From Acidimicrobiia bacterium (GTDB taxonomy: Bacteria; Acidobacteriota; Vicinamibacteria; Vicinamibacterales; UBA2999): a DNA stretch of 64,000 bases. The stretch is from contig VFZG01000012.1 in NCBI GenBank assembly GCA_016871275.1, positions 4,646 to 68,645 of the forward strand. Reading direction: 5' to 3'. The notes beneath the pieces are model-generated. The model was given only the letters and a program-made list of their open reading frames with translations. It ran no database searches and was not told where the DNA came from. Positions 18,467 through 31,547 of the stretch are shown here, piece after piece. The number at the start of each line of letters is the position of its first letter. Position 1 is the stretch's first letter. A program made the translations under genes and the position numbers.

Positions 18467-20457
18467 CAGTGACTCCCGACGATGTTTCCGGCCGCTGCAT
18501 CCGCATCCGCGGCGGCATCGGGCTGGCGCGCTCTGTAGTCGGCCGGCGCCGGCTGCCTGCCCTGCACATAGGCCTCGAACTCCGGCTTGAACCACTTCAG
18601 GGTGGTCAGCACCGGCGTTGCGGCGGCGTCGCCGAACGCGCACAGCGTCTTGCCGTTGATCTGGTTGGCCACGCTCTCCAGCAGCGCGATGTCCTTCTCG
18701 GTGCCCTGGCCCTGCGTCATGCGGTGCAGCAGGCGATAGAGCCAATCGGTGCCTTCGCGGCACGGCGTGCACTTGCCGCACGACTCGTGGCGATAGAAGT
18801 GCAGCAGGTTCTCGGCCAGCCACACCATGTCGGTGGTGTCGTCGAGCACCATGATCGCCGCCGAACCGAGCAACGATCCGGCGCGCTGCACGTCGTCGAA
18901 GCTGGCCGGAATGTCGAGCTGATCCGGCATCAGGATCGGCACCGACGAACCGCCGGGGATGACGGCCTTGATGGTGCGACCATCCTTCGCGCCGCCGGCG
19001 TAGTCGTCGATCAGTTCCTTGAGCGTGACCTTCATCGGCGCTTCGAACACGCCGGGGCGCTTCACCGCGCCGCTGACGCAGAACAGCTTCGGTCCGCCGT
19101 TCTTCTCTGGGCCCAGCGCCGCAAACCAGTCCGCGCCGCGCGTCATGATCAGCGGCACGTTGCAAAGCGTCTCGACGTTGTTGACCGCGGTCGGGCACTT
19201 CCACGCGCCCTCGACGGCCGGAAAGGGCGGTTTGAAGCGGGGCTGCGCGCGCTTGCCTTCGAGCGATTCCAGCAGCGCCGTCTCTTCGCCGGCTTCATAT
19301 GCGCCGGCGCCGCGATGCAGGTAGACCTCGCAATCGAAGCCCGATCCCTGGATGTTCTTGCCCAGGTATCCGGCCTTGCGCGCATCGTCGATCGCCTTCT
19401 GCATCGTCGGGAACAGGTGATAGAACTCCCCGCGGATGTAGATGTAGGCAGCCTGGGAGCCAATCGCGTAGCAGCCGATCAGGCACCCCTCCACCAGCAG
19501 GTGCGGGTTGCGCTCCATCAGGAGGTGATCCTTGAAGGTGCCCGGCTCGGATTCGTCGGCGTTGCAGACGATGTACTTCGGCTTCGGCGACTTCTTGTCG
19601 ACGAACTGCCACTTGAGCCCGGTCGGGAAGCCGGCGCCGCCGCGGCCGCGGAGGCCCGACTTCTTCACTTCTTCAATGACCGCCTCGGGCGACATGGAGA
19701 GCGCCTTCTTCACTCCCTGGTAGCCGGCCTGGTGCTTCACGTAGTGATCGAGCTCGGCGCCGCCGGGCGTGAAGGCATACTGCGTGAGCACGGGCTGGTA
19801 GCTCGGCAGCGCCTTCGCTGTGGAGGGCGTGGTGGTCTTCGATCCCTCGGTGATGCGGGCCTCGCTCAGGTGGCAGCCACTGAGCGCCTTCAGGCCGTCG
19901 GTCTTCATGCGATCGACCAGGCCGCTCACCTGCTCCGGCTGCAACAGCTCGTGCCAGTGCTCGTTGTTCACCATCATCACCGGCGCGCGATCGCACGCGC
20001 CCAGGCATTCCATCTGCTGGATGGTGAACATGCCGGTCGGATCCGTCTCGCCGACCTTGATGCCCAGCTTGTGCTGCAGTTCTTCGACCACGCGCTCGGC
20101 GCCGGCCAGCGCGCACGACAGCGTCGTGCAGACCTGCAACACGTACTTGCCGGTCGGCGCGCAGTGGAACATCACGTAGTACGACACCACGTCCTCGACG
20201 TCCGCCGTCGTACAGCCAATCACCTGCGCGACGTGGCGCACGGCGTTGTTGCTGATGTATCCCTGCTGATCCTGGACCAGGTACAACGCGTGAATCACGG
20301 CCGAGGCGCGATGCTCGGGGCGGTAGTGCGACGCAAACGCTTCGAAGTTCTGGAGGTTCTGCGGTGTGAACGCGAACTCCGGGCCTTCGGGCAGCGTGGC
20401 GCGCTGCGAGCGGTGCCACTGCTCCGTGCCGTACGGCATCGTGGGATGAAAACTCAT
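18466..20457 (-). CDS. nuoEF: Fused NADH-quinone oxidoreductase subunits E and F
   Basis: A single 663-aa frame. The N-terminal half has the NuoE 2Fe-2S pattern (VCTTLSCALAG...ECLGACDRAP). The C-terminal half has NuoF FMN/NADH/N3 motifs (GRGGAGFPTGLKW, CNADESEPGTFKD, ESCGKCTPCREG). The start is ATG 20455-20457, inside track ORF 18466..20781. Confidence 0.9.
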   Translation of the reverse strand: MSFHPTMPYGTEQWHRSQRATLPEGPEFAFTPQNLQNFEAFASHYRPEHRASAVIHALYLVQDQQGYISNNAVRHVAQVIGCTTADVEDVVSYYVMFHCAPTGKYVLQVCTTLSCALAGAERVVEELQHKLGIKVGETDPTGMFTIQQMECLGACDRAPVMMVNNEHWHELLQPEQVSGLVDRMKTDGLKALSGCHLSEARITEGSKTTTPSTAKALPSYQPVLTQYAFTPGGAELDHYVKHQAGYQGVKKALSMSPEAVIEEVKKSGLRGRGGAGFPTGLKWQFVDKKSPKPKYIVCNADESEPGTFKDHLLMERNPHLLVEGCLIGCYAIGSQAAYIYIRGEFYHLFPTMQKAIDDARKAGYLGKNIQGSGFDCEVYLHRGAGAYEAGEETALLESLEGKRAQPRFKPPFPAVEGAWKCPTAVNNVETLCNVPLIMTRGADWFAALGPEKNGGPKLFCVSGAVKRPGVFEAPMKVTLKELIDDYAGGAKDGRTIKAVIPGGSSVPILMPDQLDIPASFDDVQRAGSLLGSAAIMVLDDTTDMVWLAENLLHFYRHESCGKCTPCREGTDWLYRLLHRMTQGQGTEKDIALLESVANQINGKTLCAFGDAAATPVLTTLKWFKPEFEAYVQGRQPAPADYRARQPDAAADADAAAGNIVGSH

Positions 20458-21641
20458 CGATCCACGTCCCCCATCACCACGTCGAGCGAGCCAATCACCG
20501 CGATCACGTCCGCGATCATGCCGCCCACGACGAACTTGTGCATCGCCTGGCACGCAAACAGTCCCGGCGCGCGCATGTGCACACGCCACGGACGGTTGGT
20601 GCCATCGGACACCACGTAGCAGCCGTGCTCGCCGCGCGGCCCTTCGACCGGCACGTAGGCGTCGCCCGCGGGCACCTTGAAGCCCTGCGAGTAGATCAGG
20701 AAGTGCTGAATCAGCGCTTCCATCTCCGTGTAGACCTGGTCCTTGGGCGGCGGGACAATGCGCTTGTCGTTCACGGCCCACGGTCCGTAATCGGGAATGC
20801 GCGCCAGCGCCTGCTGGATGATCTTGGCGCTCTCGCGCATTTCGGCGACGCGCGTCAGGTAGCGATCGTAGACGTCGCCGTTCGACGCGCCGATGACATC
20901 GAACTCATACGTGTCGTAGCCGATGTACGGGAACGCGCGGCGCACGTCGTAGTCGCCGCCGGCGGCGCGCGCAATCGGGCCGAACAAACCCCACTTGCAG
21001 CAGTCCTCGTAGGAAATCACGCCGACGCCGCGGGTCCGATCGAGCCAGATCGGGTTCTTGGTGATCAGCGTCTCGTATTCGTCGAGCTTGCCGGGGAAGC
21101 GATCGATGAACGACTTGACCGCGGCCTTGAAGCCGCGCGGCAGGTCTTCGCGCAGTCCGCCGACCCGGATGTAGCTGGGGAAGAAGCGGAAGCCGGCCAT
21201 CAGCTCGTTCAGGTTCATCACCTGCTCGCGCTCGCGGAGCGCGTAGAGCAGGCCGGTGATGGCGCCCACTTCCATGGCGTGCGTGCCGAACCACACCAGG
21301 TGGCTGCTGATGCGCTGCAGCTCGGCGATCAGCACGCGGATGTCGTTGACGCGCTGCGGCATCTGCTCGGTGATGCCGAGCATTTTCTCGACCGACAGGC
21401 AGAACGCCAGGCTGTTGGACTGCGCGCCAAGGTAATCCATCCGCTCGACCAGCGGGATGACCTGCTGCCACTTCTTCTGCTCGGCGGTCTTCTCGATGCC
21501 GGTGTGCAGGAAGCCGACGGTCGGCGACACGGACACGACCGTCTCGCCATCGAGCTCCAGCACCAGTCGCAGCACGCCGTGCGTGCTGGGGTGCTGTGGC
21601 CCCATGTTGACGGTCATCGTTTCGGTGCGGAGATCTGCCAT
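20454..21641 (-). CDS. nuoD: NADH-quinone oxidoreductase subunit D
   Basis: MADLRTETMTVNMGPQHPSTHGVLRLVLELDGE... ending DVVMGDVDR. The start is ATG 21639-21641. Confidence 0.95.
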   Translation of the reverse strand: MADLRTETMTVNMGPQHPSTHGVLRLVLELDGETVVSVSPTVGFLHTGIEKTAEQKKWQQVIPLVERMDYLGAQSNSLAFCLSVEKMLGITEQMPQRVNDIRVLIAELQRISSHLVWFGTHAMEVGAITGLLYALREREQVMNLNELMAGFRFFPSYIRVGGLREDLPRGFKAAVKSFIDRFPGKLDEYETLITKNPIWLDRTRGVGVISYEDCCKWGLFGPIARAAGGDYDVRRAFPYIGYDTYEFDVIGASNGDVYDRYLTRVAEMRESAKIIQQALARIPDYGPWAVNDKRIVPPPKDQVYTEMEALIQHFLIYSQGFKVPAGDAYVPVEGPRGEHGCYVVSDGTNRPWRVHMRAPGLFACQAMHKFVVGGMIADVIAVIGSLDVVMGDVDR

Positions 21642-21642
21642 C

Positions 21643-22218
21643 CTAGAGTTCCCGCTCCACCAGCTCACAAAGGAGGTGCAGCACCGTGGCGTGCACCTCC
21701 TGAATCCGCGCGGTGCGCGATTCATTCACGGCGATGTGATGCGTCGCAAGCGTCCCCGCTGCCCCGCCACCGCCTGTCAACGCCACCGTTATCAGTCCCC
21801 GCTGGTTGCCGGCCTCGAGCGCCCGCAACACGTTGGCCGAGTTCCCGCTCGTCGTAATGCCGAGGGCGACATCGCCCGCCTTACCCAGCGCCTCGAGTTG
21901 CCGCGCGAACACGCGCTCGAAACCGTAGTCGTTGCCGATCGCCGTCACGGCGCTGGTATCGGTCGTCAACGCGATCGCCGGATATCCCCGGCGCTCCTGC
22001 TCGTAGCGGCCCACCAGCTCCGCCGCGAAGTGCTGCGCGTCGGCGGCACTGCCGCCGTTGCCGAACACCAGCACCTTGCCGCCCTGCTGAAGCGACCGGG
22101 CAATTGCGCCGGCCACTGCAACAATCGGCGACGCGTTGGCGGCCATGCGCTCGTGCGCGGCCGCCGCTTCCTTCAACACGCGAACGACATGCGCGGCCCG
22201 AGTGTCCTCGTCCATCAC
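21643..22218 (-). CDS. gmhA: D-sedoheptulose-7-phosphate isomerase (SIS domain)
   Basis: VFGNGGSAADAQHFAAELVGRY...TAIGNDYGFE...GITTSGNSANV are phosphoheptose-isomerase signatures. A GGGGAGA Shine-Dalgarno lies upstream. The stop is 1 nt from the nuoD ATG. Confidence 0.85.
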   Translation of the reverse strand: MMDEDTRAAHVVRVLKEAAAAHERMAANASPIVAVAGAIARSLQQGGKVLVFGNGGSAADAQHFAAELVGRYEQERRGYPAIALTTDTSAVTAIGNDYGFERVFARQLEALGKAGDVALGITTSGNSANVLRALEAGNQRGLITVALTGGGGAAGTLATHHIAVNESRTARIQEVHATVLHLLCELVEREL

Positions 22219-22240
22219 AGCCTGTCTCCCCGAAGCCCGC

Positions 22241-22813
22241 TCACTTCTTCCCCGCGGCCGACGGTTGACCCCTCTGGTAGCGGTCGCGTTCCAGGTTGGC
22301 CTTGAACTCTTCCTCGGTGACCTGCAGCGGCATGTAGGTCTGCGCGTCTTTCCGCAGCTGAACCGGGTAGTCTTTGCGCAGCGGGTGGCCGTCCCAGTCG
22401 TCGGGCATCATCAGCCGCCGCAAGTCTTCGTGGCCGTCGAACACGATGCCGAACAGATCGTAGAGCTCCCGCTCGGGCCAGCCGGCGCCGGGATACAGCT
22501 TCGTCAGCGTCTCGATCGATTCCTGCGCATGGATGCCGACCTTCAGGCGAAGGCGCGCGCGGCGATGCGGCGACACGAGGTGATAGACCAGGTCGAAGCG
22601 CGGCGAGCGGTTGGGATGAAAATCCACCGCCGTCACGTCGGAGAACGCGACGAACTCGAGCCCGGGTGCCTGCAGCGCGCGGCAGGTGGCGACCAGGTGC
22701 TCGCGCGGCACGCCGATGGTCGGCGTCACCGCGGCGTCGGACGAGGCCAGCGCCGCGTAGGACGCGCCAGGCATCGCCGGCGCGATCGCGGCGATGATCG
22801 CTTCAGCGGTCAT
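22241..22813 (-). CDS. nuoC: NADH-quinone oxidoreductase subunit C
   Basis: An internal ATG (22811-22813) of track ORF 22241..23242. The protein has ...[39 protein letters not shown]. Confidence 0.9.
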   Translation of the reverse strand: MTAEAIIAAIAPAMPGASYAALASSDAAVTPTIGVPREHLVATCRALQAPGLEFVAFSDVTAVDFHPNRSPRFDLVYHLVSPHRRARLRLKVGIHAQESIETLTKLYPGAGWPERELYDLFGIVFDGHEDLRRLMMPDDWDGHPLRKDYPVQLRKDAQTYMPLQVTEEEFKANLERDRYQRGQPSAAGKK

Positions 22814-23304
22814 GCGATACGAACCTTCGGGGTCTGATCGAGCTTTGAGGCAGCAATCTGCTTCTGGAGCTGCACGATGCCGTAGATCAGCGCTTCGGGA
22901 CGCGGCGGGCAGCCGGGAATGAACACGTCGACCGGCACCACTTCGTCGGCGCCCTGCACGATGGCGTAGTTGTCGAACACGCCGCCGCACGACGCGCACG
23001 CGCCCATCGAGATCACCCACTTGGGCTCGGGCATCTGGTCGTAGATGCGGCGCATCGCCGGCGCCATCTTGCGCGACAGCCGGCCGGCGATGATCATCAG
23101 GTCCGCCTGGCGCGGCGAGCCGCGAAACACCTCGGCGCCAAACCGCGCCATGTCGTAGCGGCTCGCGCCGGTCGCCATCATCTCGATCGCGCAGCAGGCC
23201 AGGCCGAACGCCACCGGCCAGATCGCCGAGCGGCGCGCCCACTGAACCATGAATTCGACGGAGGTCGTGACAACGGGAATTTCGTAATCAGTTTCGAGTC
23301 CCAT
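22810..23304 (-). CDS. nuoB: NADH-quinone oxidoreductase subunit B
   Basis: [10 protein letters not shown]...GACASCGG...PGCPPRP are the N2-cluster motifs. Confidence 0.95.
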   Translation of the reverse strand: MGLETDYEIPVVTTSVEFMVQWARRSAIWPVAFGLACCAIEMMATGASRYDMARFGAEVFRGSPRQADLMIIAGRLSRKMAPAMRRIYDQMPEPKWVISMGACASCGGVFDNYAIVQGADEVVPVDVFIPGCPPRPEALIYGIVQLQKQIAASKLDQTPKVRIA

Positions 23305-23722
23305 AACGGTATCTCTTCACCACGGCGGGGCCGGGCTTTGGCGCGTGCTGGTAATCCGGATCGAACTCGGGACCCCAATCCAGCACGCCCTTGCGCCAGA
23401 TGTAGATGTAGCCGACGACCAGGATCAGGAAGAAGACGGTGATCTGGATCAGCCCGGGCCAGCCGAGCGTTCGCATGGTCATCGCCCACGGATAGAGGAA
23501 CGCGACTTCAATGTCGAACAGCAGGAAGATCATCGCAATCAGGTAGAACTTCACCGATTGCCGCTCGCGCGCATCGCCGACCGGCGGCATGCCGCACTCA
23601 TACGCCGCGAGTTTCTCTGGAGTGGGATTGCGGGGGCCGAGAAAGCGGGAAATGACGACCGACACGACGCCAAACCCGATTGCGATGACCGCTAGAAGGA
23701 GGATTCCGCCCCAGCCCGACAT
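23288..23722 (-). CDS. nuoA: NADH-quinone oxidoreductase subunit A
   Basis: Three TM segments, AYECGMPP and [15 protein letters not shown] motifs. The longer C-terminus overlaps nuoB by 17 nt. Confidence 0.9.
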   Translation of the reverse strand: MSGWGGILLLAVIAIGFGVVSVVISRFLGPRNPTPEKLAAYECGMPPVGDARERQSVKFYLIAMIFLLFDIEVAFLYPWAMTMRTLGWPGLIQITVFFLILVVGYIYIWRKGVLDWGPEFDPDYQHAPKPGPAVVKRYRYGTRN

Positions 23723-23801
23723 GTGTGCAGTGCTCTTAAAAAGTGTGTCACGCGCCAGAATTTGAGGCGCTTGTGAAGGATATCACACGCGCTGCGGGGT
23801 C

Positions 23802-23817
23802 CCCTCCGCGCGGAGGG
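23802..23817. promoter_or_regulatory. Perfect 16-bp palindrome CCCTCCGCGCGGAGGG upstream of nuoA
   Basis: Read directly from the sequence, about 80 bp upstream of the nuoA ATG in a divergent spacer. Confidence 0.3.
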
Positions 23818-23823
23818 TGCGCG

Positions 23824-24312
23824 GTGGGCAGGTGGAATCCCCTGAGTAGGCGAGGTTCAACCGAGCGATGGCTCATCGGCGCCGTCATGGCGATCTCGCT
23901 GGTCACGTTCGGGTTTTAGGCGCTCGTGTTGCGGCCACATTTGTGGCCAGCCGGGGCAGGAGTCGCCCTGTCGGGCGAAACCGTCATGGGCATGCTGGCC
24001 GCGCCCCGCCCGGTTGCGGTCATTCGACCTCCAGACGTCAGCGACCTGGCGGGCACAACGGTGTCGGTCTTGCGGGTGTGGCCAGGCAGCCCCGCCGAAC
24101 GCGCCGGATTGCGCGAGGGCGATGCCATCCAGACGCTGCCACAGGAACCGGCGGACGTGCTGCGCCTCTGGCGCGACGCTCAGCGCCAGAGACCGGGTGA
24201 CGCGGTGCCGCTCAGCGTCACGCGTTCTAACCCGTCAGATGCGACGTTTGGGGCCAGCCCCCAGGAACTCTGGTCAGATGCGACGTTTGGGGCCAGCCCC
24301 CAAAGACGCTGA
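23824..24312 (+). pseudogene. Membrane-anchored PDZ-domain protein remnant with an in-frame TAG
   Basis: One frame reads ...ERWLIGAVMAISLVTFGF, then TAG (23917-23919), then ALVLRPHLW...TTVSVLRVWPGSPAERAGLREGDAIQTL (PDZ-like). Its 3' end is made of two copies of a dispersed repeat. Confidence 0.4.
24235..24302. repeat. Two direct copies (39-bp period) of the ~29-nt unit TCAGATGCGACGTTTGGGGCCAGCCCCCA
   Basis: Exact copies at 24235-24263 and 24274-24302. The same GGGGCCAGCCCC-core unit recurs at 35979-35997 and 36051-36069. Confidence 0.8.
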
Positions 24313-24499
24313 ACAGTCGAAGGACGTCTTCAGCCTCGGGGTGATGGCGTACGAAATGCTGACGATGCGACTGCCCTACAGTGGCGCGTCGTTATTCGAC
24401 ATCGGCATGCGGCAGGTCGAAGGCAAGGTGGACTTCACTGGCGTCGAGCCGCAGGTGGCCGAGGCGATTGGCCGCGCGACGCTGCGAGGTGAGAAGTGA
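24311..24499 (+). pseudogene. Ser/Thr protein kinase C-lobe fragment
   Basis: The tail of track ORF 24014..24499 reads SKDVFSLGVMAYEMLTMRLPYSGAS (kinase subdomain IX-like). No N-lobe lies upstream. Confidence 0.4.
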
Positions 24500-24543
24500 G
24501 AAGTACTTCTGACTTCTGACTTCTCACTTCCTACTTCTTCTTC
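24488..24543. repeat. GTGAGAA heptamer palindromic element (copy A)
   Basis: ggtgagaagtgagaagt / acttctgacttctgacttctcacttcc. It contains the stops of both convergent ORFs (TGA 24497-24499; minus-strand TAG at 24531-24533). Confidence 0.65.
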
Positions 24544-24812
24544 GTATTCATCACACCCAGGCGGCGCTCGATTTCCGCGATCGCCTGACCGAGCTGGGTC
24601 TTGCGAGCCTCGTGCGGCGTGGTGTCCAACTGCCGCTGCAGTTCGATGCGCGCCAGGCGGAGCGATTCCACCTGCCGCAGATGCTCGGGGTCGACCCTGG
24701 GACCGCGATCCTTCGCGACCTTGCGGCTCTCCTCGAGTTCGTCCATGCGCTCTTGCAAGCGCGCTTCAGCGTCGATCAGTCCTTCTCCAGCGTCACCCAT
24801 GAATCTGCACAT
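24531..24812 (-). CDS. Hypothetical small coiled-coil protein
   Basis: 93-aa track ORF with charged helical composition. The start may be the internal MGDAGEG. No family recognised. Confidence 0.45.
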   Translation of the reverse strand: MCRFMGDAGEGLIDAEARLQERMDELEESRKVAKDRGPRVDPEHLRQVESLRLARIELQRQLDTTPHEARKTQLGQAIAEIERRLGVMNTKKK

Positions 24813-24855
24813 TATAGTGCAGCGGGTTCGCCGGCTTTTGTAATTAGATAAGACG

Positions 24856-29458
<4,603 letters not shown>

Positions 29459-29466
<8 letters not shown>

Positions 29467-30319
29467 AGGCGACACGATATTCAGGGCCGCCCGGGCGCTC
29501 CACAAGGCGCTGGGTGGTCACGTCGTCACGAGATTCGAGACGGCGTACGCGCACCTGGATCGCGTGAACGTCGACACGCCGATCGCCGGCCGCACGGTCG
29601 AGAAGGTGGAGTCGCACGGCAAGCACGTGCTGATTTTCTTCAGCGGCGAGCTGATTCTGCGGACCCACATGCGCATGAACGGGTCGTGGCACATCTACCG
29701 GACCGGCGAGCGCTGGTGGCGTGGGCCGCAGGCGATGCGCGTGCGAATCGATACCGCAGATTGGGTCGCGGTCGCGTTCAACGTGCCGGTTGCCGAGTTT
29801 GTGACGCCTCGACAGCTGGAGACGCGCGGTCCGGTCGCGCAGCTGGGTCCCGATCTGCTGGGCGCGGCGTTCGACCGCGACGAGGCGGTGCGGCGGATGG
29901 TGGCCAGCGCGGCGCGGCCGATTGCCATGACCCTGCTCGATCAGCGGATCGTGGCGGGCATCGGCAACATCTACAAGTCAGAAGTGTTGTTTCTCTCGGG
30001 CGTGCATCCGGACACGCCGTCGAGCGCGGTGCCACCGGCCACGCTGGAACAGATGCTGGACGTCGCCCGCAGCCTGCTGCGGGACAACGTCATCGACGGC
30101 AGCTCCCCGACCATCCAGACGTTCCGGAACCTCCGCCAGTTGAATCCGGCCAACGAGCACTACGACAGCCTGTGGGTCTACGACCGGCGCGGCAAGCCGT
30201 GCCGTAAGTGCGGCACGGCGATCGAGATGAAGAAGATGGGGATGGAGAGCCGCTCCTGCTACTGGTGCCCGGGGTGTCAGAAAGACCCAAGCAGTCAACA
30301 GTCGACGGTCGGCAGTTAA
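29459..30319 (+). CDS. nei: Fpg/Nei-family DNA glycosylase (Nei2-like)
   Basis: MPEGDTIFR N-terminus (catalytic Pro2/Glu3), an H2TH region, and a C-terminal zinc finger CRKCGT...CYWCPGCQ. It overlaps the lhr stop by 8 nt. Confidence 0.9.
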
Positions 30320-30492
30320 GAGTTGTCAGTCAACGATCTACAGTTCAGTCGGCAGTCTGCAGTCTTAGTCTACAGTCCGGGCGGACGACAACCGTCCGCT
30401 GGACTCCAGACCGCTGACTGCGGACTGGACTGGAGACTGAACTGCGGACTGCTGACTGAAAACCCTTAACTGTCGACGCTCGACTGCTGACT
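30291..30492. repeat. ~200-bp imperfect palindrome built from CAGTCAR-type heptamers
   Basis: The left arm (30291-30387) and the reverse complement of the right arm (30393-30492) are about 75-80% identical by eye. The centre is GCGGACG-acaac-CGTCCGC. Confidence 0.75.
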
Positions 30493-31461
30493 CTGATCGA
30501 TTTTTTCCCGTGACGCCAACACGAGGGAGGCGAAGATCGAACCGCCAACCAGCGTGCCGATGATGGCCAGCGACCAGCCGATCGGGAAGTGGCCGCCATA
30601 CGCCGGGTTGAGCCACACCATCTTCAGGCCGATGAACACCAGCACGCCGGCCAGGCCGAAGCGCAGCAGCGAGAATTTGGCCACCGCCGCCGCCAGCACG
30701 AAATACAACGATCGCAACCCGAGGATGGCGAAGACGTTCGACGTGAAGACGATCAACGGCTCCTTGGTCAGCGCGAAGATCGCCGGCACCGAGTCGATGG
30801 CGAACACGATGTCGCTCATCTCGATGGCCATCAGCGCCAGGAACAGCGGCGTCGCATGCAGCACGCCATTGCGGCGGATGAAGAAGTGCTTGCCGTGGAA
30901 TTCCTCGGTCACCGGCACCAGCCGCCTGGTGAGCCGCACCAGCGGGTTCTTGTCCGGCGAGGCCTGCGACCCGTCGAACCACACCATGCGGACGCCCGTC
31001 AGTATCAGCAGCGCGCCGAACACGACCACGATCGCGTGATACGACAACAGCACCGAGCCCAGCGCGATGAAGATGCCCCTGAACACCAGCGCACCGAGAA
31101 TGCCGTAGAACAGCACGCGGTGCTGCAGGTTGGCCGGCACCGCAAAGAACGAGAAGATGACGACGAATACGAACATGTTGTCGACGGACAACGTGTATTC
31201 GACGACATAACCGGCCAGGAACTGCAGCGCGACGTTCTTGCCGACTTCGGGGCCGAACGTCCCGGAGGCGTATTGATACAAGAGCAGGTTGAAGGTCAGG
31301 GACAGCCCGATCCAGACCGCGCTCCACCGCGCGGCTTCCCTGATGCTGACCGCATGGACCTTGCGGTGGAAGACGCCAAGGTCCACCGCGAGCATGAGCA
31401 ATACAAACAGCGTGAACCCGAGGTAGAACCACCAGTATTCGACGATCGGAAACAGCGTCAC
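30466..31461 (-). CDS. TerC-family integral membrane protein
   Basis: 331 aa, polytopic, with the LSVDNMFVF and FAIDSVPAI motifs characteristic of TerC/Alx. Confidence 0.9.
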   Translation of the reverse strand: MTLFPIVEYWWFYLGFTLFVLLMLAVDLGVFHRKVHAVSIREAARWSAVWIGLSLTFNLLLYQYASGTFGPEVGKNVALQFLAGYVVEYTLSVDNMFVFVVIFSFFAVPANLQHRVLFYGILGALVFRGIFIALGSVLLSYHAIVVVFGALLILTGVRMVWFDGSQASPDKNPLVRLTRRLVPVTEEFHGKHFFIRRNGVLHATPLFLALMAIEMSDIVFAIDSVPAIFALTKEPLIVFTSNVFAILGLRSLYFVLAAAVAKFSLLRFGLAGVLVFIGLKMVWLNPAYGGHFPIGWSLAIIGTLVGGSIFASLVLASREKIDQSQQSSVDS

Positions 31462-31547
31462 TCGTTCAAGGTAGGCGGCCGCCGTCAGCGCGCTTCCATA
31501 GATATTTCCACGACGACCATTCGGTTCACCCGATATACGATTGCAGC

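Noticed and set aside
11480-21857. Very long plus-strand ORFs (for example 11480..13132, 13129..14715, 15187..16590, 18469..20619, 20538..21857) antisense to the nuo genes.
   Set aside because: Their translations are Arg/His/Asp/Gly-rich and low in complexity, which is typical of shadow frames in high-GC DNA. The minus-strand frames carry unmistakable Nuo motifs. Similar shadow ORFs occur opposite almost every real gene in the window.
31462-31547. A Mn-responsive (yybP-ykoY) or pH-responsive leader upstream of the TerC-family gene.
   Set aside because: The spacer shared with divergent yajQ is only 86 bp, and I could not recognise the conserved riboswitch helices or loops. This needs a covariance-model scan to exclude formally.
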